Shown: positions 9,768 through 19,850, counted from the stretch's first letter. The stretch is 64,000 nucleotides of DNA from Christensenellaceae bacterium Phil1 (GCA_001940855.1 MSGS01000026.1:33754-97753); one strand, 5' to 3'. The notes: generated by a model from the letters alone, not told the origin. Program-made: numbers and translations.

Positions 9768-10746
9768 AAAGCATCCTCATCCTTTCCGCGATAACGTCCG
9801 CGCCAAGCCTGTTCCTCAGCGCCGTCACAATAAGCCTTACAACCTTCGCCTCCTGCCGCTTTGCAAGCAGGAACCCAATTACGGGCGCGATGGTGTCAAT
9901 ATCGTTCTTCCCGCGGGAGGCTAAGCGCATGAGCGCATTGTCCCGCGCCCGCTCCAGCGCAGCAGCGTCTCCGCTTTGGGCGTATTCCTCAAGCGCCCTT
10001 TGAAGCTCCGCCTTCATTTCGCCCGCGGGTAGGCCTTTTGCATAGCCTTCGCCCATGTGGCTTTGGTAGGCTTTTACTATCGCCTTTGGGTCGATGTCCC
10101 CGCCCGTGAGCAGCAGCGTTTCAAGCCGCTTCTCGTCCGCGCCAAGCGCCTTCATGCGCGCCATGGCGATAAGATTGTCAAAATCGCACGTCGCCTTGAA
10201 ATATGCCGTTACGAACGCATTGCCCGATGCAAGCGCGTGGTCGATATACCCTTGGTCTATTATGGTGCTTATGCGCGCGGGGTCTATGCGCCCGGCGGCT
10301 ATCTCGGCCTCCGCCGTGTCCATAGCCGCGGCCATCTTTTCGGGCAGGGACTTATAGTCCTTCGCCTGCACCATGCGCATGAGCTCCTTCGGCTCATAAA
10401 GCCCGCCGTGGGCATATATTCCGCCCGTGTCCGCGCCCGTAAGCCTGCGCTTGAGGAACAGCTTCAGGTTAGTTGCATCCGCGCCAAGGAAGAATATGTC
10501 CGTCAGCTTTTCATCCGTGGTCACTTCTTTTATGAGCGCGTTCGTCCGCTCAAGTTCGCTTTCTATCAGCGCCTCGCTGTCCATATATTCGGCGTCCGGC
10601 TTGGCGCCGTAGCCCATTTCCGTAAGCATGCGCCAGGCTTCCTCCGCCGTGCCCTCGCTCATTCGCTTTACCGTTTCGCGGTCTATAAGGCTGCGCTCAC
10701 GCGAGCGTATGCGCGAAACGGCGTAAATTGCGCTGTTCTGTGGCAT
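9757..10746 (-). CDS. ntpC: V-type ATP synthase subunit C (d-type)
   Basis: 329-aa helical protein between E and F in the canonical I-K-E-C-F-A-B-D order. Confidence 0.85.
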   Translation of the reverse strand: MPQNSAIYAVSRIRSRERSLIDRETVKRMSEGTAEEAWRMLTEMGYGAKPDAEYMDSEALIESELERTNALIKEVTTDEKLTDIFFLGADATNLKLFLKRRLTGADTGGIYAHGGLYEPKELMRMVQAKDYKSLPEKMAAAMDTAEAEIAAGRIDPARISTIIDQGYIDHALASGNAFVTAYFKATCDFDNLIAMARMKALGADEKRLETLLLTGGDIDPKAIVKAYQSHMGEGYAKGLPAGEMKAELQRALEEYAQSGDAAALERARDNALMRLASRGKNDIDTIAPVIGFLLAKRQEAKVVRLIVTALRNRLGADVIAERMRMLYGE

Positions 10747-10774
10747 GATCGTGTTACCGCCTTCCTTTTAGACT

Positions 10775-11380
10775 TTATCGCTCAAACAGTATTCCGGCTA
10801 CCGCGCTTTCCTCCGCCGCGCGCACTTCCCTGAGCACCGCCGCGAAGGAGCAGTTCTTCTCGTATCCCGCGGCCTTCAGTATAAAGCCGCCGGTAATGTC
10901 AGCATCCGCCGGAGCAATTGCAAGCGGAGCGCGGCCGGTTTCGGCAAGCGCGGCGTTCACCTCGGCAAGCACGCTTTTCGCGTTCGCTTCGTCCCGCGCG
11001 GCGGGGATTATCGTCTCTCCGCCTTCCGCTTCGCGTATGAGCAGCGCCTTTATCAGTGCGCTTCGCTCCTCGTCGCTCTTTTGCTCCATGCGCTCCGTCG
11101 CCAGCGCAAACGCTTCGTCTATCAGCGCGCGCTTTACCTTCAGCGCGTATTTGCGCGAATCAAGCGCGGCGTTGGTGCGGCTTTTTTCCTGCGCCGCGTC
11201 GTTGAGCCGCTTTGCTTTAAGTTCCGTTTCGCTCTCTATGCGGAAGCATTCGTCCTTAGCTATCAGCGCTATGCGCTCGGCCTCCTTATCGGCATCCGCA
11301 AGGGCTGCGTCGGCTTCGGCCTGCGCGTCCGCCAATATGCGCCCTATCAGCGCATCTGCGCCCGAATTGTTGTTTGCCAT
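10775..11380 (-). CDS. ntpE: V-type ATP synthase subunit E
   Basis: About 201-aa Ala/Glu-rich coiled-coil N-terminus with a globular C-terminus. The ATG at 11380 has SD GGAGG 9 nt upstream. The track ORF start at 11398 is a GTG with no SD. Confidence 0.8.
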   Translation of the reverse strand: MANNNSGADALIGRILADAQAEADAALADADKEAERIALIAKDECFRIESETELKAKRLNDAAQEKSRTNAALDSRKYALKVKRALIDEAFALATERMEQKSDEERSALIKALLIREAEGGETIIPAARDEANAKSVLAEVNAALAETGRAPLAIAPADADITGGFILKAAGYEKNCSFAAVLREVRAAEESAVAGILFER

Positions 11381-11405
11381 GCTTGGTTCCCTCCCCACGC
11401 GAAAA

Positions 11406-11906
11406 TTACGCGAAGAGCACCAGGAACACGCTGACTATAAGCGAAAGCAGCGCGTAGGTTTCAACCATCAGCGCAAGCATCATGCCGTTGCCGAAGCCGT
11501 CGGCGCGCTTTGCAAGCATCTGTATGCCGGCTGCGGAAACCTTGCCCTGATGTATGGCGGAAAGCAGACCGCCGAAGCCCACCGGCAGGCTGGCCGCGAA
11601 GTACGCAAGGCCGCGGCTGAAGGTTATTGATTCGGTGCTGCCGCCGAGAAGGCCGGAGAATATGAGTATAAGTATGGATACGGCGAAACCGTATATACCC
11701 TGCGAACCGGGCAGCAGCTCAAGCACCAGGCAGTTGCCGAAACGCTCCGGCTGATCGGCTATAACGCCGGCGGCGGCCTGACCGGCCTTGCCCACGCCTA
11801 TGGCGGAGCCTATGCCCGAAAGTATGGCCGAAAGCGCAACGCCGAGACCCGTGAAGAATATGCCGAGTTCGTTTGAAGTAAGGGTGGAAAAAATACTGCC
11901 TTCCAT
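11406..11906 (-). CDS. ntpK: V-type ATP synthase proteolipid subunit K (four TM segments)
   Basis: 166 aa. It aligns by eye along its whole length with Enterococcus hirae NtpK (LLPGSQGIYGF, IHQGKVSAAGIQMLAK, MVETYALL). Confidence 0.9.
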   Translation of the reverse strand: MEGSIFSTLTSNELGIFFTGLGVALSAILSGIGSAIGVGKAGQAAAGVIADQPERFGNCLVLELLPGSQGIYGFAVSILILIFSGLLGGSTESITFSRGLAYFAASLPVGFGGLLSAIHQGKVSAAGIQMLAKRADGFGNGMMLALMVETYALLSLIVSVFLVLFA

Positions 11907-11978
11907 TTTTAATGTTCCTCCTGAAAAATTGTTGTAATTGGTTATTATTTCATCCCGCCATGGCGGGTTAAACGCAAA

Positions 11979-13907
11979 TTATTCCGCGCCGGAATCTATA
12001 ACGTTCACGGTGTCTGTATTCATGGCGAGCGGCTTGAACTTAACGCCGTCCGCTTCATAGAACTTGCCGAAGAACTCTATAAACTGCAGCCTTGCCGTGT
12101 GCGCGAACGCGCCCAGCGTATTTATGAAAAGGCTGAACATGTGCAGCGCGATAAGCAGCGCCGCCGCCAGTATAAAGCCTATCACAATGCCTATTATGCC
12201 AAGCCCGCCCAGCGCATCATATACCATGCCGCCTATAAGATTGAACACCATGCCCATCGCGCCAGAAACAAGGCCAAGCGCGAATATGCGCACATAGGAA
12301 AGGATATCGCTCAAGTACCCTGTTATGTTATAAAGCGCGCTCAGGCCCTTGCCAAGGCGCATTACGGGGTTCTTTATCGAGCGGCCGGAGAACAGCAGCA
12401 GCATACCCCCGCCGAGTATTATAAGCACAAGCGACACCGTTTTTATCGCGGGCGCGGCAAAGAGCAATATCAGCCCCGTCAAAAGCAGCATCCAGCTAAG
12501 CTGATCGAATATGGCGCTTTGCGGGTCGCCGTCGCGGAAGCACATATACATTTTCACGATTATGCCCGTATACATATGCACTATGCCCAGCCCGCAGGAA
12601 AGCAGCATCATCTGCATAACGTCCGTCATGGGATCGAACAGCAGGGGGAATACGGTGGTATTGAACAGATCGTTCCATTCAACGCCGAAGAACGTGCCTA
12701 TAAACGGCGCGCACAGCATCGTTGAAAGTCCGCCGTAGGTTATCACCTTAACAAGCTTGGCCGTGTCCCCTTTGGGCTTTAGGAAGCGGGTGAATAGCAG
12801 CCCGCCTATGAAAAGCAGCATGCCGTACCCAAAGTCTGACAGCATCATGCCGAAAAACAAAAAGTAAAACGGCGCCATCACCGCCGCCGCGTCTATCCCG
12901 CGGTAGGACGGCAGGGCATACATTTCGGTTATGACCTCAAACGGCTCGATCAGCTTTTTGTTCTTCGTGGCCGTGGGCGGGTTTTCGTCGGCGTAAGGAT
13001 CGCGCGTTTCGATATAATATGCGTCCGTAACGCTCGATACCGCAAGCTGAATTTCGTCCAGCTTGTCCGCACGCGCCCAGCCGTCCAGTATATATGCATA
13101 CTGCGTGGACTTGAGCGCCGTTTCGCCCTCCGCGCGCTGCTTTTCTATGGCGTATGCGTCCGCAGCCATGTCAAGCCGGCTGCGCTTCTCCGCTGCTGCC
13201 GTCAGCTCGGATGCTATCCTGTAAAGCTCCGCCTCTGTCGCGTCCATCTGCTTTGCGGCTTTTTCCATGTTCTCGCTTGCCGTGCCGGTAAGCTTAGGCG
13301 GTATGAACTCATTGAAGCCCGCGTCCTTAACGTAGCGCAGTATGGCGTCCCGCTCGTCCCTGTTGCAGGCTATAACAACTGCCGTAAGGTTTTCGTTCGG
13401 GTATGCTTCAAGGCCGATGTGCGTATCGAGCGCTGCTTCAACATTATCCACTGCGTCCATCACCTTCGCGTCCGCCGTGCCAAGTATGTATGCTATGTAC
13501 TTGGTGGAATGTATGGCCTCAAGCGGGGTCAGCATCTCGCGGAATGGCTCAAGCTGCGCCCTCAGCGCCGCCAGCCTTTCAAGCTCCGCCCGCTTCTCCG
13601 CCTGCTCCGCTTCCAGCTTTTCTATGCTTTGGCAAAGCGCGTCGCCCTCCGGCTGAATGGCTTCAAGCTGAGCCTCGGTGCACTGCGGGGTGGGGGAGAG
13701 CATGGGCTTTTTATAATATGGCTTTATGGCCCTGCGTGCGGCGTTAAGCCTGTCCGCCTTGGCGGTAAGCTGCCTAAGCTTTTCGCTGTCGGTCAGTTCC
13801 CCTTCGGAAATAAGCTGCACCGCGCCCAGCCTTTGCAGCGCCTTCAGGGTGCTTTCCTTTTCGCAGGATAGGCCGATAAGCGTGAGCCGCTTCATTGGAA
13901 CTATCAT
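11979..13907 (-). CDS. ntpI: V-type ATP synthase subunit I (a-type)
   Basis: 642 aa: soluble coiled-coil N-terminal half, polytopic C-terminal half. Called partly from operon position. Confidence 0.9.
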   Translation of the reverse strand: MIVPMKRLTLIGLSCEKESTLKALQRLGAVQLISEGELTDSEKLRQLTAKADRLNAARRAIKPYYKKPMLSPTPQCTEAQLEAIQPEGDALCQSIEKLEAEQAEKRAELERLAALRAQLEPFREMLTPLEAIHSTKYIAYILGTADAKVMDAVDNVEAALDTHIGLEAYPNENLTAVVIACNRDERDAILRYVKDAGFNEFIPPKLTGTASENMEKAAKQMDATEAELYRIASELTAAAEKRSRLDMAADAYAIEKQRAEGETALKSTQYAYILDGWARADKLDEIQLAVSSVTDAYYIETRDPYADENPPTATKNKKLIEPFEVITEMYALPSYRGIDAAAVMAPFYFLFFGMMLSDFGYGMLLFIGGLLFTRFLKPKGDTAKLVKVITYGGLSTMLCAPFIGTFFGVEWNDLFNTTVFPLLFDPMTDVMQMMLLSCGLGIVHMYTGIIVKMYMCFRDGDPQSAIFDQLSWMLLLTGLILLFAAPAIKTVSLVLIILGGGMLLLFSGRSIKNPVMRLGKGLSALYNITGYLSDILSYVRIFALGLVSGAMGMVFNLIGGMVYDALGGLGIIGIVIGFILAAALLIALHMFSLFINTLGAFAHTARLQFIEFFGKFYEADGVKFKPLAMNTDTVNVIDSGAE

Positions 13908-14215
13908 GCCTGTCCCGCCTTTCCTATTATATATTCCGCCGCCGCGTAAAGCTTCTTCGCCGCTGCGGCGCGCTCGCTATCCGCGCGTTCGGCGTTTTCG
14001 GCCATTATCGCGTCAAAAAGCTTCTGCCCGTCGGCTTCGGCCTGCTTTTCCGCTTCCGCAAGCTTTGCGCGCTGCTCGGCGCGTGCGTCCGCGGTGGCCT
14101 TGTCCGCCGCCTGCTGCGCCGCGTCTATGCGTGCGCGCGCGTCCGCCGCTGCCTGCTTCTTTATCGCCGCGGCCTGTTCTTCCGCCGCCGCGATGCGTTC
14201 AATCATCGTTGCCAA
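13904..14215 (-). CDS. Small Ala/Glu/Lys-rich coiled-coil protein, probable V-ATPase peripheral stalk subunit (G/H-like)
   Basis: First gene of the operon; its stop overlaps the ntpI start. The sequence (L)ATMIERIAAAEEQAAAIKKQAAADARARIDAAQ... is typical of stalk subunits. A TTG at 14215 lies 8 nt after SD AAGGAGG. The ATG at 14206 and the track start at 14287 are alternatives. Confidence 0.55.
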   Translation of the reverse strand: MATMIERIAAAEEQAAAIKKQAAADARARIDAAQQAADKATADARAEQRAKLAEAEKQAEADGQKLFDAIMAENAERADSERAAAAKKLYAAAEYIIGKAGQA

Positions 14216-14584
14216 GGCTTTTTCCTCCTTTTGCTTATAGTTATGCCATAAGCAGCCATTATTACAAAGGACTGTTTTATATGGCATATTGATGCACGTT
14301 TTTATTGTGTAAAAATACGGTTAAGGCAATCTTGCCTACCGCCATTATAATTAAAGAAATGCTTATTTGCAAGCGTTTAACGCCACATTTTATTGTTTGT
14401 TATGTATCTATCAACGAATGTTTTCGTTCATGTCACAATTTGTGTAAATTTTATATTTTTGTATAAATGTTAACGCCGCATTATAAGTTTTTGCTATATT
14501 TCGTCCATTTATCCCTTTTCGCACAAAACGCGCCATGTTATAATTTATATTTGTGTATAACTACATGCGAAGAAGGTGAGAACG

Positions 14585-15085
14585 ATGGCGATAGACGAAC
14601 GCGAAAGGCCGGTGCTTGAATTGCTTGACGAAATGGGCATACCGTACCGCCGCTACGAGCATCCCTGCGCGCGCACGATGCACGACTGCGAAGGCATAGG
14701 CGCGGACATAGGGGCGCAGCATTTTAAGAATCTGTTTTTGTGCAACCGCAGCGGCACAAAATTTTATCTTTTGCTGATATGCGCGGACAAGCCGTTCAGG
14801 ACGGGGGATGTTTCAAGGCAGCTTGGTTCGTCGCGGCTGAGCTTTTGCTCCGATGCGCAGCTTATGGATAAGCTGGGGCTTGTCGCGGGCAGCGTAACGC
14901 CTATGGCGCTTTACCGCGAAAGCGCAAGGGACGTTGTGGTGGCTATTGACGAGGATATTTTTGATATGAACATGGTGTGCGTGCATCCGTGCGTGGCCAC
15001 GGCGTCGCTTGCAATAAGCATGGAGGACCTGCTTAAATATATAGGAAGGGCCGGCAACGAAATAAAGCGCGTGCATATAGAGTGA
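14585..15085 (+). CDS. YbaK/ProX-type aminoacyl-tRNA deacylase domain protein (prolyl-tRNA synthetase-associated domain)
   Basis: [27 protein letters not shown]...[24 protein letters not shown]...[13 protein letters not shown] matches the ProX/YbaK editing-domain family. SD AAGGTG lies 6 nt before the ATG at 14585. Confidence 0.8.
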   Translation: MAIDERERPVLELLDEMGIPYRRYEHPCARTMHDCEGIGADIGAQHFKNLFLCNRSGTKFYLLLICADKPFRTGDVSRQLGSSRLSFCSDAQLMDKLGLVAGSVTPMALYRESARDVVVAIDEDIFDMNMVCVHPCVATASLAISMEDLLKYIGRAGNEIKRVHIE

Positions 15086-15100
15086 AACGGGCAAAAATTC

Positions 15101-15129
15101 TTGACAATAGGGACAATATTAAAGATAAT
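15101..15129 (+). promoter_or_regulatory. Candidate sigma-A promoter for glnS
   Basis: TTGACA (15101..15106), a 17-nt spacer, then GATAAT (15124..15129). Confidence 0.4.
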
Positions 15130-15186
15130 GATATGTACCGCCATAGGCGGAAAATTTTTTTATTTTTGAAAGGACGTGAAAAGGAT

Positions 15187-16836
15187 ATGGAAGAAGCCAA
15201 GCTTGCACCCAAAAACTTTATAGAGGAGTTTATACAGCAGGACATTCAGGAGAAGGGACTTTCCCATATCCAGACCCGCTTCCCGCCGGAGCCTAACGGC
15301 TATTTGCACATTGGCCACGTTAAGGCGCTGTACATAGACTTTTCCATGGCGGAAAAGTTCGGCGGCAAGTGCAATCTGCGCTTTGACGACACAAACCCCA
15401 CCAAGGAGAAGGAGGAGTTTGTGGACGCGATAGAATACGACATACGCTGGCTGGGCTTTAACTGGGACAAGCTGTGCTACGGCAGCGATTATTTTGACGA
15501 TTGCTTTGAATACGCCGTGAAGCTCATCAAAAAGGGCGTGGCTTACGTTGACGATCTTTCAAAGGACGAAATGCGCGAATACCGCGGCACGCTGACCGAA
15601 CCCGGCAAAAACTCGCCCTATCGCGACAGGAGCGTTGAGGAGAACCTTGATTTGTTCTACCGCATGCGCAACGGCGAATTTGAGGACGGCGCGCGCACCC
15701 TCCGCGCCAAGATAGACATGGCCAGCCCCAATATAAACATGCGCGATCCTGCTATATACCGCATAAAGCATGTGCCGCATCATCACACCGGCACAAAATG
15801 GTGCATCTATCCCATGTATGACTTTGCGCATCCCATTCAGGACGCCATTGAGGGCATAACCCATTCCCTCTGCTCCCTTGAATACGAAGCGCACAGGCCG
15901 CTTTACAACTGGGTAGTTGAACAGTGCGAATTTGAACATAAGCCCAGGCAGATAGAGTTCGCGCGGCTCAATCTGACCAATACCATAATGAGCAAGCGCT
16001 ATCTCAGGCGCCTTGTGGAGGAGCATTACGTTTCCGGCTGGGACGATCCGCGCATGCCCACCCTTTGCGCGCTGCGCCGCCGCGGCTATACGCCAGAGGC
16101 CATAAAGGACTTCCTCAACAGGATAGGCGTTGCAAAAGCGGACAGCATAGTGGACAGCGCAATGCTTGAACACTGCCTGAGGGAGGATCTTAACGCCAAG
16201 GCGTACCGTATGTGCGCCGTGCTTGACCCGATAAAGCTTGTTATAGAAAACTGGCCGGAGGATAAGGAAGAAGATGTAGAGCTTGAAAACCTGCCCGGCA
16301 GCGAAACCGCAGGCACGCGCAAGGTGGCGTTTGGTAAGGAGCTTTACATTGAGCGGGACGACTTTTCCTATGACCCGCCCAAGAAGTATTTCCGCCTGAA
16401 GCCCGATGGCGAAGTGCGGCTCAAGGGCGCATACATAGTAAAATGCACCCGCTACGAAACCGACGAAAACGGCAACGTTACAACCGTTTACTGCACATAC
16501 GATCCCGAAACCCGCAGCGGTGAATGCGAGCGCAAGGTGAAGGGCACGCTGCATTGGGTAAACGCCAAAGCCGCGTCCCCCGCGGAGTTCCGCCTGTATG
16601 AGGCCATGATGCTGGACGATCCTAACGACGGCGTGGAGCGCGACTTTGTGGAGCTGATGAACCCCGATTCAATCACCGTAAAGCACGGCTACGTTGAACC
16701 CGCCCTTGCCGCGGCCAAGCCCGGGGACAAGTTCCAGTTCATGCGCATAGGCTACTTCTGCACCGACCTTGACCACACGAGCGAGCACCCCGTGTTCAAC
16801 CGCGCAGTCGGGCTGAAGGATAGTTTTAAGATGTAA
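15187..16836 (+). CDS. glnS: Glutamine--tRNA ligase
   Basis: [48 protein letters not shown]... aligns with the E. coli GlnRS N-terminus, including the HIGH motif. The KMSKS-type motif is IMSKR. The track ORF start at 15082 is an upstream in-frame extension. Confidence 0.95.
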   Translation: MEEAKLAPKNFIEEFIQQDIQEKGLSHIQTRFPPEPNGYLHIGHVKALYIDFSMAEKFGGKCNLRFDDTNPTKEKEEFVDAIEYDIRWLGFNWDKLCYGSDYFDDCFEYAVKLIKKGVAYVDDLSKDEMREYRGTLTEPGKNSPYRDRSVEENLDLFYRMRNGEFEDGARTLRAKIDMASPNINMRDPAIYRIKHVPHHHTGTKWCIYPMYDFAHPIQDAIEGITHSLCSLEYEAHRPLYNWVVEQCEFEHKPRQIEFARLNLTNTIMSKRYLRRLVEEHYVSGWDDPRMPTLCALRRRGYTPEAIKDFLNRIGVAKADSIVDSAMLEHCLREDLNAKAYRMCAVLDPIKLVIENWPEDKEEDVELENLPGSETAGTRKVAFGKELYIERDDFSYDPPKKYFRLKPDGEVRLKGAYIVKCTRYETDENGNVTTVYCTYDPETRSGECERKVKGTLHWVNAKAASPAEFRLYEAMMLDDPNDGVERDFVELMNPDSITVKHGYVEPALAAAKPGDKFQFMRIGYFCTDLDHTSEHPVFNRAVGLKDSFKM

Positions 16837-16874
16837 TTTTGCGGGCTTTGGGCGGAGAGTATCTGCCCAAAGCC

Positions 16875-16903
16875 TTGACACACGTGTTGATACGTGTTAG
16901 AAT
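16875..16903 (+). promoter_or_regulatory. hicAB promoter with a direct-repeat candidate operator in the spacer
   Basis: TTGACA (16875..16880), a 17-nt spacer, then TAGAAT (16898..16903). The spacer carries ACGTGTT twice, 10 bp apart (16882..16888 and 16892..16898). Confidence 0.5.
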
Positions 16904-16925
16904 ACTATATACCAAGGGGGGCTTT

Positions 16926-17105
16926 ATGAACAAAAGGGAGCTTGTAAAGCTGCTTAAGCAGAACGGCTGGGTAATAACGCCCGGCAGCAGGCATGATTTG
17001 GCAGTGAACCCGTCCCGCCCGGGCGTAAAGCTTACCATTCCAAGGCATACCGAGCCGAACAAATATACCATAGAGGGCATATTAAAGGCGGCGGGATTAA
17101 AATAA
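16926..17105 (+). CDS. hicA: HicA-family mRNA interferase toxin
   Basis: 59 aa: MNKRELVKLLKQNGWVITPGSRHDLAVNPSRPGVKLTIPRHTEPNKYTIEGILKAAGLK. It has the HicA dsRBD-like pattern with G-x-x-H and IPRH. In frame with the track ORF starting at 16839. Confidence 0.85.
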   Translation: MNKRELVKLLKQNGWVITPGSRHDLAVNPSRPGVKLTIPRHTEPNKYTIEGILKAAGLK

Positions 17106-17126
17106 ACAACGGAAAGGAGCCGCAGT

Positions 17127-17519
17127 ATGAAATATATTTATGGCGCTGTATTTACCCCGGCCGACGATGGCTATTCGGCAGAGCTTACGGATCTGCCCGG
17201 CTGCATAACCGGTGCGGACACCATTGCAGACGCATTTGAAATGATAACGGACGCGGGCGCGATGTGGCTTTGGGATGCGGAAAACCACGGCGAGGAAATA
17301 CCCGCGCCAACGCCGATTGAGGACATAAGAACCGAAGAAGGGCAGGTAAAGAGCCTTGTTCTGCTGGATACGGACGAATACCGCCGCGCAAACGAGAACC
17401 GCGCCGTGAAAAAAACGCTTACCATACCAAGCTGGCTGAATATAGAGGCAGAGCGCGCAGGCGTGAATTTTTCGCAAATATTGCAGGATGGGCTTAAAGC
17501 CCGACTGGGAATACAATAG
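17127..17519 (+). CDS. hicB: HicB-family antitoxin
   Basis: 130 aa. YGAVFTPADDGYSAELTDLPGCITGADTIADA plus a C-terminal RHH-like segment (KKTLTIPSWLNIEAERAGVNFSQILQDGL). Starts 21 nt after hicA. Confidence 0.85.
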   Translation: MKYIYGAVFTPADDGYSAELTDLPGCITGADTIADAFEMITDAGAMWLWDAENHGEEIPAPTPIEDIRTEEGQVKSLVLLDTDEYRRANENRAVKKTLTIPSWLNIEAERAGVNFSQILQDGLKARLGIQ

Positions 17520-17552
17520 GCAATACGATTTTATTACACAGGAGACACACAA

Positions 17553-19013
17553 ATGGCTGATATGGTCAGAACACGATTTGCCCCGTCCCCGACGGGGTAT
17601 ATGCACATAGGCAACCTCAGGAGCGCGCTTTACACTTGGCTGTATGCGCGCCACCATGGCGGCAAATTCATACTGCGCATTGAGGATACCGACCGCAACC
17701 GCTATGTTGAAGGCGCGACGGAGGTTATTTACCGCACGCTTAAAAGCATAGGCATGAACTGGGACGAAGGCCCGGACGTGGGCGGCGAATTCGGCCCGTA
17801 TGTGCAGAGCGAAAGGAAGGATATGTATCTGCCCTACGCAAAGCAGCTTGTTGAAATGGGCAAGGCTTATTATTGCTTCTGCACCAACGAAGAGCTGGAC
17901 GCGCGCCGCGCCGCCGCCGCCGAAAGGGGCGAAACGTTTAAGTACGACAAGCATTGCCTGCATATGGATAAGGCGGAGGTTGAGCGACGCCTTGCCGCGG
18001 GAGAGCCTTATGTTATCCGCCAGAACGTGCCCGAGCACGGCGAGGCCAGCTTTGACGACGCCATATACGGCCACATAAAGGTGGATTGCGCGGAGCTTGA
18101 CGACATGATACTCATTAAGGCGGACGGCATGCCCACCTATAACTTTGCAAACGTTATAGACGACCATACTATGGGCATAACCCACGTTATGCGCGGCATG
18201 GAATATCTTTCCTCCACGCCCAAGTATAATCTGCTTTATGATGCTTTCGGCTGGGAAAAGCCCGTGTATATTCACATGACCAGCATAATGCGCGATGCTC
18301 AGCACAAGCTTTCCAAGCGCGACGGCGACGCTTATTTTGAAGATTATCTTGCCAAGGGCTATCTGAAGGACGCAATAGTCAATTACGTTGCCCTCCTTGG
18401 CTGGAACCCGGGCGACGACAGGGAGTTCTTCACGCTTGACGAGCTTGTTGATGCGTTTGACGTTTCCGGCATGAGCAAATCCCCGGCTATATTCGATGTT
18501 GCAAAGCTCACCTGGATGAACGCCGAATATATACGCCGCATGAGCGCGGAGGAGTTCGACGCGGCGGCCGAGCCGTGGTACGAAAAGGCCGGCATAGCCC
18601 ATATGGATAAGGGCGTGCTGCGCCGCATTTTGCAGCCGAGGCTTGAAATATTCTCCCAGATGGCGGATATAACCGACTTCCTTACCAAAATGGACGAGGA
18701 ATTCGACATTGCCCTTTTCACAAACAAAAAGTCCAAGACAAACGCGGAGGTTTCCGCTAAGGTGCTTGATATGGTAATTCCCGCGCTTGAGGCGCTGCCT
18801 GCTTGGGATGAAGAAAGCCTGCACAGCTTGCTTATAGGCATGGCGGAAGCCAACGGCATGAAGAACGGCACGCTGCTTTGGCCCGTGCGCATAGGCATGG
18901 CGGGCAAGGCCGTTACCCCCGGCGGCGCGATAGAGATAGCAGTGCTCCTGGGCAGGGAAGAAAGCCTTAGAAGGCTTAAGCTCAGCCGCGCGCGCCTGAA
19001 CGCCGCGTTGTAA
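17553..19013 (+). CDS. gltX: Glutamate--tRNA ligase
   Basis: 486 aa. RTRFAPSPTGYMHIGNLRSALY (HIGH-type motif) and KLSKRDG (KMSKS-type motif). Confidence 0.95.
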   Translation: MADMVRTRFAPSPTGYMHIGNLRSALYTWLYARHHGGKFILRIEDTDRNRYVEGATEVIYRTLKSIGMNWDEGPDVGGEFGPYVQSERKDMYLPYAKQLVEMGKAYYCFCTNEELDARRAAAAERGETFKYDKHCLHMDKAEVERRLAAGEPYVIRQNVPEHGEASFDDAIYGHIKVDCAELDDMILIKADGMPTYNFANVIDDHTMGITHVMRGMEYLSSTPKYNLLYDAFGWEKPVYIHMTSIMRDAQHKLSKRDGDAYFEDYLAKGYLKDAIVNYVALLGWNPGDDREFFTLDELVDAFDVSGMSKSPAIFDVAKLTWMNAEYIRRMSAEEFDAAAEPWYEKAGIAHMDKGVLRRILQPRLEIFSQMADITDFLTKMDEEFDIALFTNKKSKTNAEVSAKVLDMVIPALEALPAWDEESLHSLLIGMAEANGMKNGTLLWPVRIGMAGKAVTPGGAIEIAVLLGREESLRRLKLSRARLNAAL

Positions 19014-19066
19014 GGCGAGGGATATACAAACAGCTGTATTGCGGGTTTTGAGGATAGGCATTACTT

Positions 19067-19843
19067 ATGTATTACGCAGACGAAAAGCAGCTTATAGACA
19101 TGTGGCGCTTTGAAGAGCAGTTCCCCTTCGGCGGATGGGAGCTGATGCACCTTGACGGGCGGTGGGAAAGCGAACCGCTCCCGTGGGATTACCGCGAAGA
19201 GGTGCTGATGCGGCTAAAGGATACGGACATGCTCCTTGATATGGACACGGGCGACGGCGGCTTCCTCCTTAGCCTTAGGCATCCGTATGAGCTTACCTGC
19301 GCCACCGAATCGGACGAGCGGGATTATGAAAGCTGCGTGGAGCAGCTTGCCCCCCTTGGCATACGGACAATGTTCTGCAACGTGGACGAAGAAGAACTGC
19401 CGTTTGAAGACGATATGTTCGACATGGTGCTAAGCCGCCATGGCGGATATATGATAGAAGAACTGTTCCGCGTGCTCAAGCCCGGCGGATTGTTCATAAC
19501 CGAACAGATTGGCCAGCGGGACAACCGTGCCCTTTCGCGCCGGCTTTTGCCCGAATATGAACCGCCGTTCCCGGGGCATTGCCTTAAAAACGCGGCGGAA
19601 GCCTTCCGCGGGTACGGGTTCAATATTCTCTATGGGCAGGAGTATTTCCCAAAGCTAAGGTTCAATGACGTTGGCGCGCTTGCGTACTTTGCGCACATAG
19701 TGGGCTGGGAATTTCCCGGCTTTTCGGTGGACAGGTGCCGGCGCGAGCTGCTTGCCCTCAATGAAGAGGTGCAGGAGATGGGCTTCATAGAAAGCCTTCA
19801 GCACCGCTTCATATTGGTTGCGCAGAAGATACAGACGAGATAA
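19067..19843 (+). CDS. Class I SAM-dependent methyltransferase
   Basis: 258 aa. Motif I-like LLDMDTGDGGF and post-I/II-like MFDMVLSRHG...LKPGGLFI. Confidence 0.7.
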   Translation: MYYADEKQLIDMWRFEEQFPFGGWELMHLDGRWESEPLPWDYREEVLMRLKDTDMLLDMDTGDGGFLLSLRHPYELTCATESDERDYESCVEQLAPLGIRTMFCNVDEEELPFEDDMFDMVLSRHGGYMIEELFRVLKPGGLFITEQIGQRDNRALSRRLLPEYEPPFPGHCLKNAAEAFRGYGFNILYGQEYFPKLRFNDVGALAYFAHIVGWEFPGFSVDRCRRELLALNEEVQEMGFIESLQHRFILVAQKIQTR

Positions 19844-19850
19844 CATACAA

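Noticed and set aside
14288-14575. The AT-rich 290-nt intergenic region might have held a hidden small gene or ncRNA.
   Set aside because: It holds only short stop-rich frames. It is best explained as the divergent promoter region for the V-ATPase operon and the ProX-like gene.
15086-15186. I looked for T-box leaders upstream of glnS and gltX.
   Set aside because: The leaders are only about 100 nt and 33 nt long. That is far too short for a T-box, and no specifier loop or T-box sequence was seen.
17097-19061. A 654-aa ORF antisense to gltX and hicB. Similar long antisense ORFs occur elsewhere, for example 6268..7680, 25226..26701, 35610..37085, 38114..39526, 58740..59864 and 62349..63755.
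   Set aside because: These are shadow ORFs typical of GC-rich coding DNA. Their composition is Arg/Ala/His/Tyr-skewed, they have no SD, and each is fully overlapped by an opposite-strand gene with clear family motifs.
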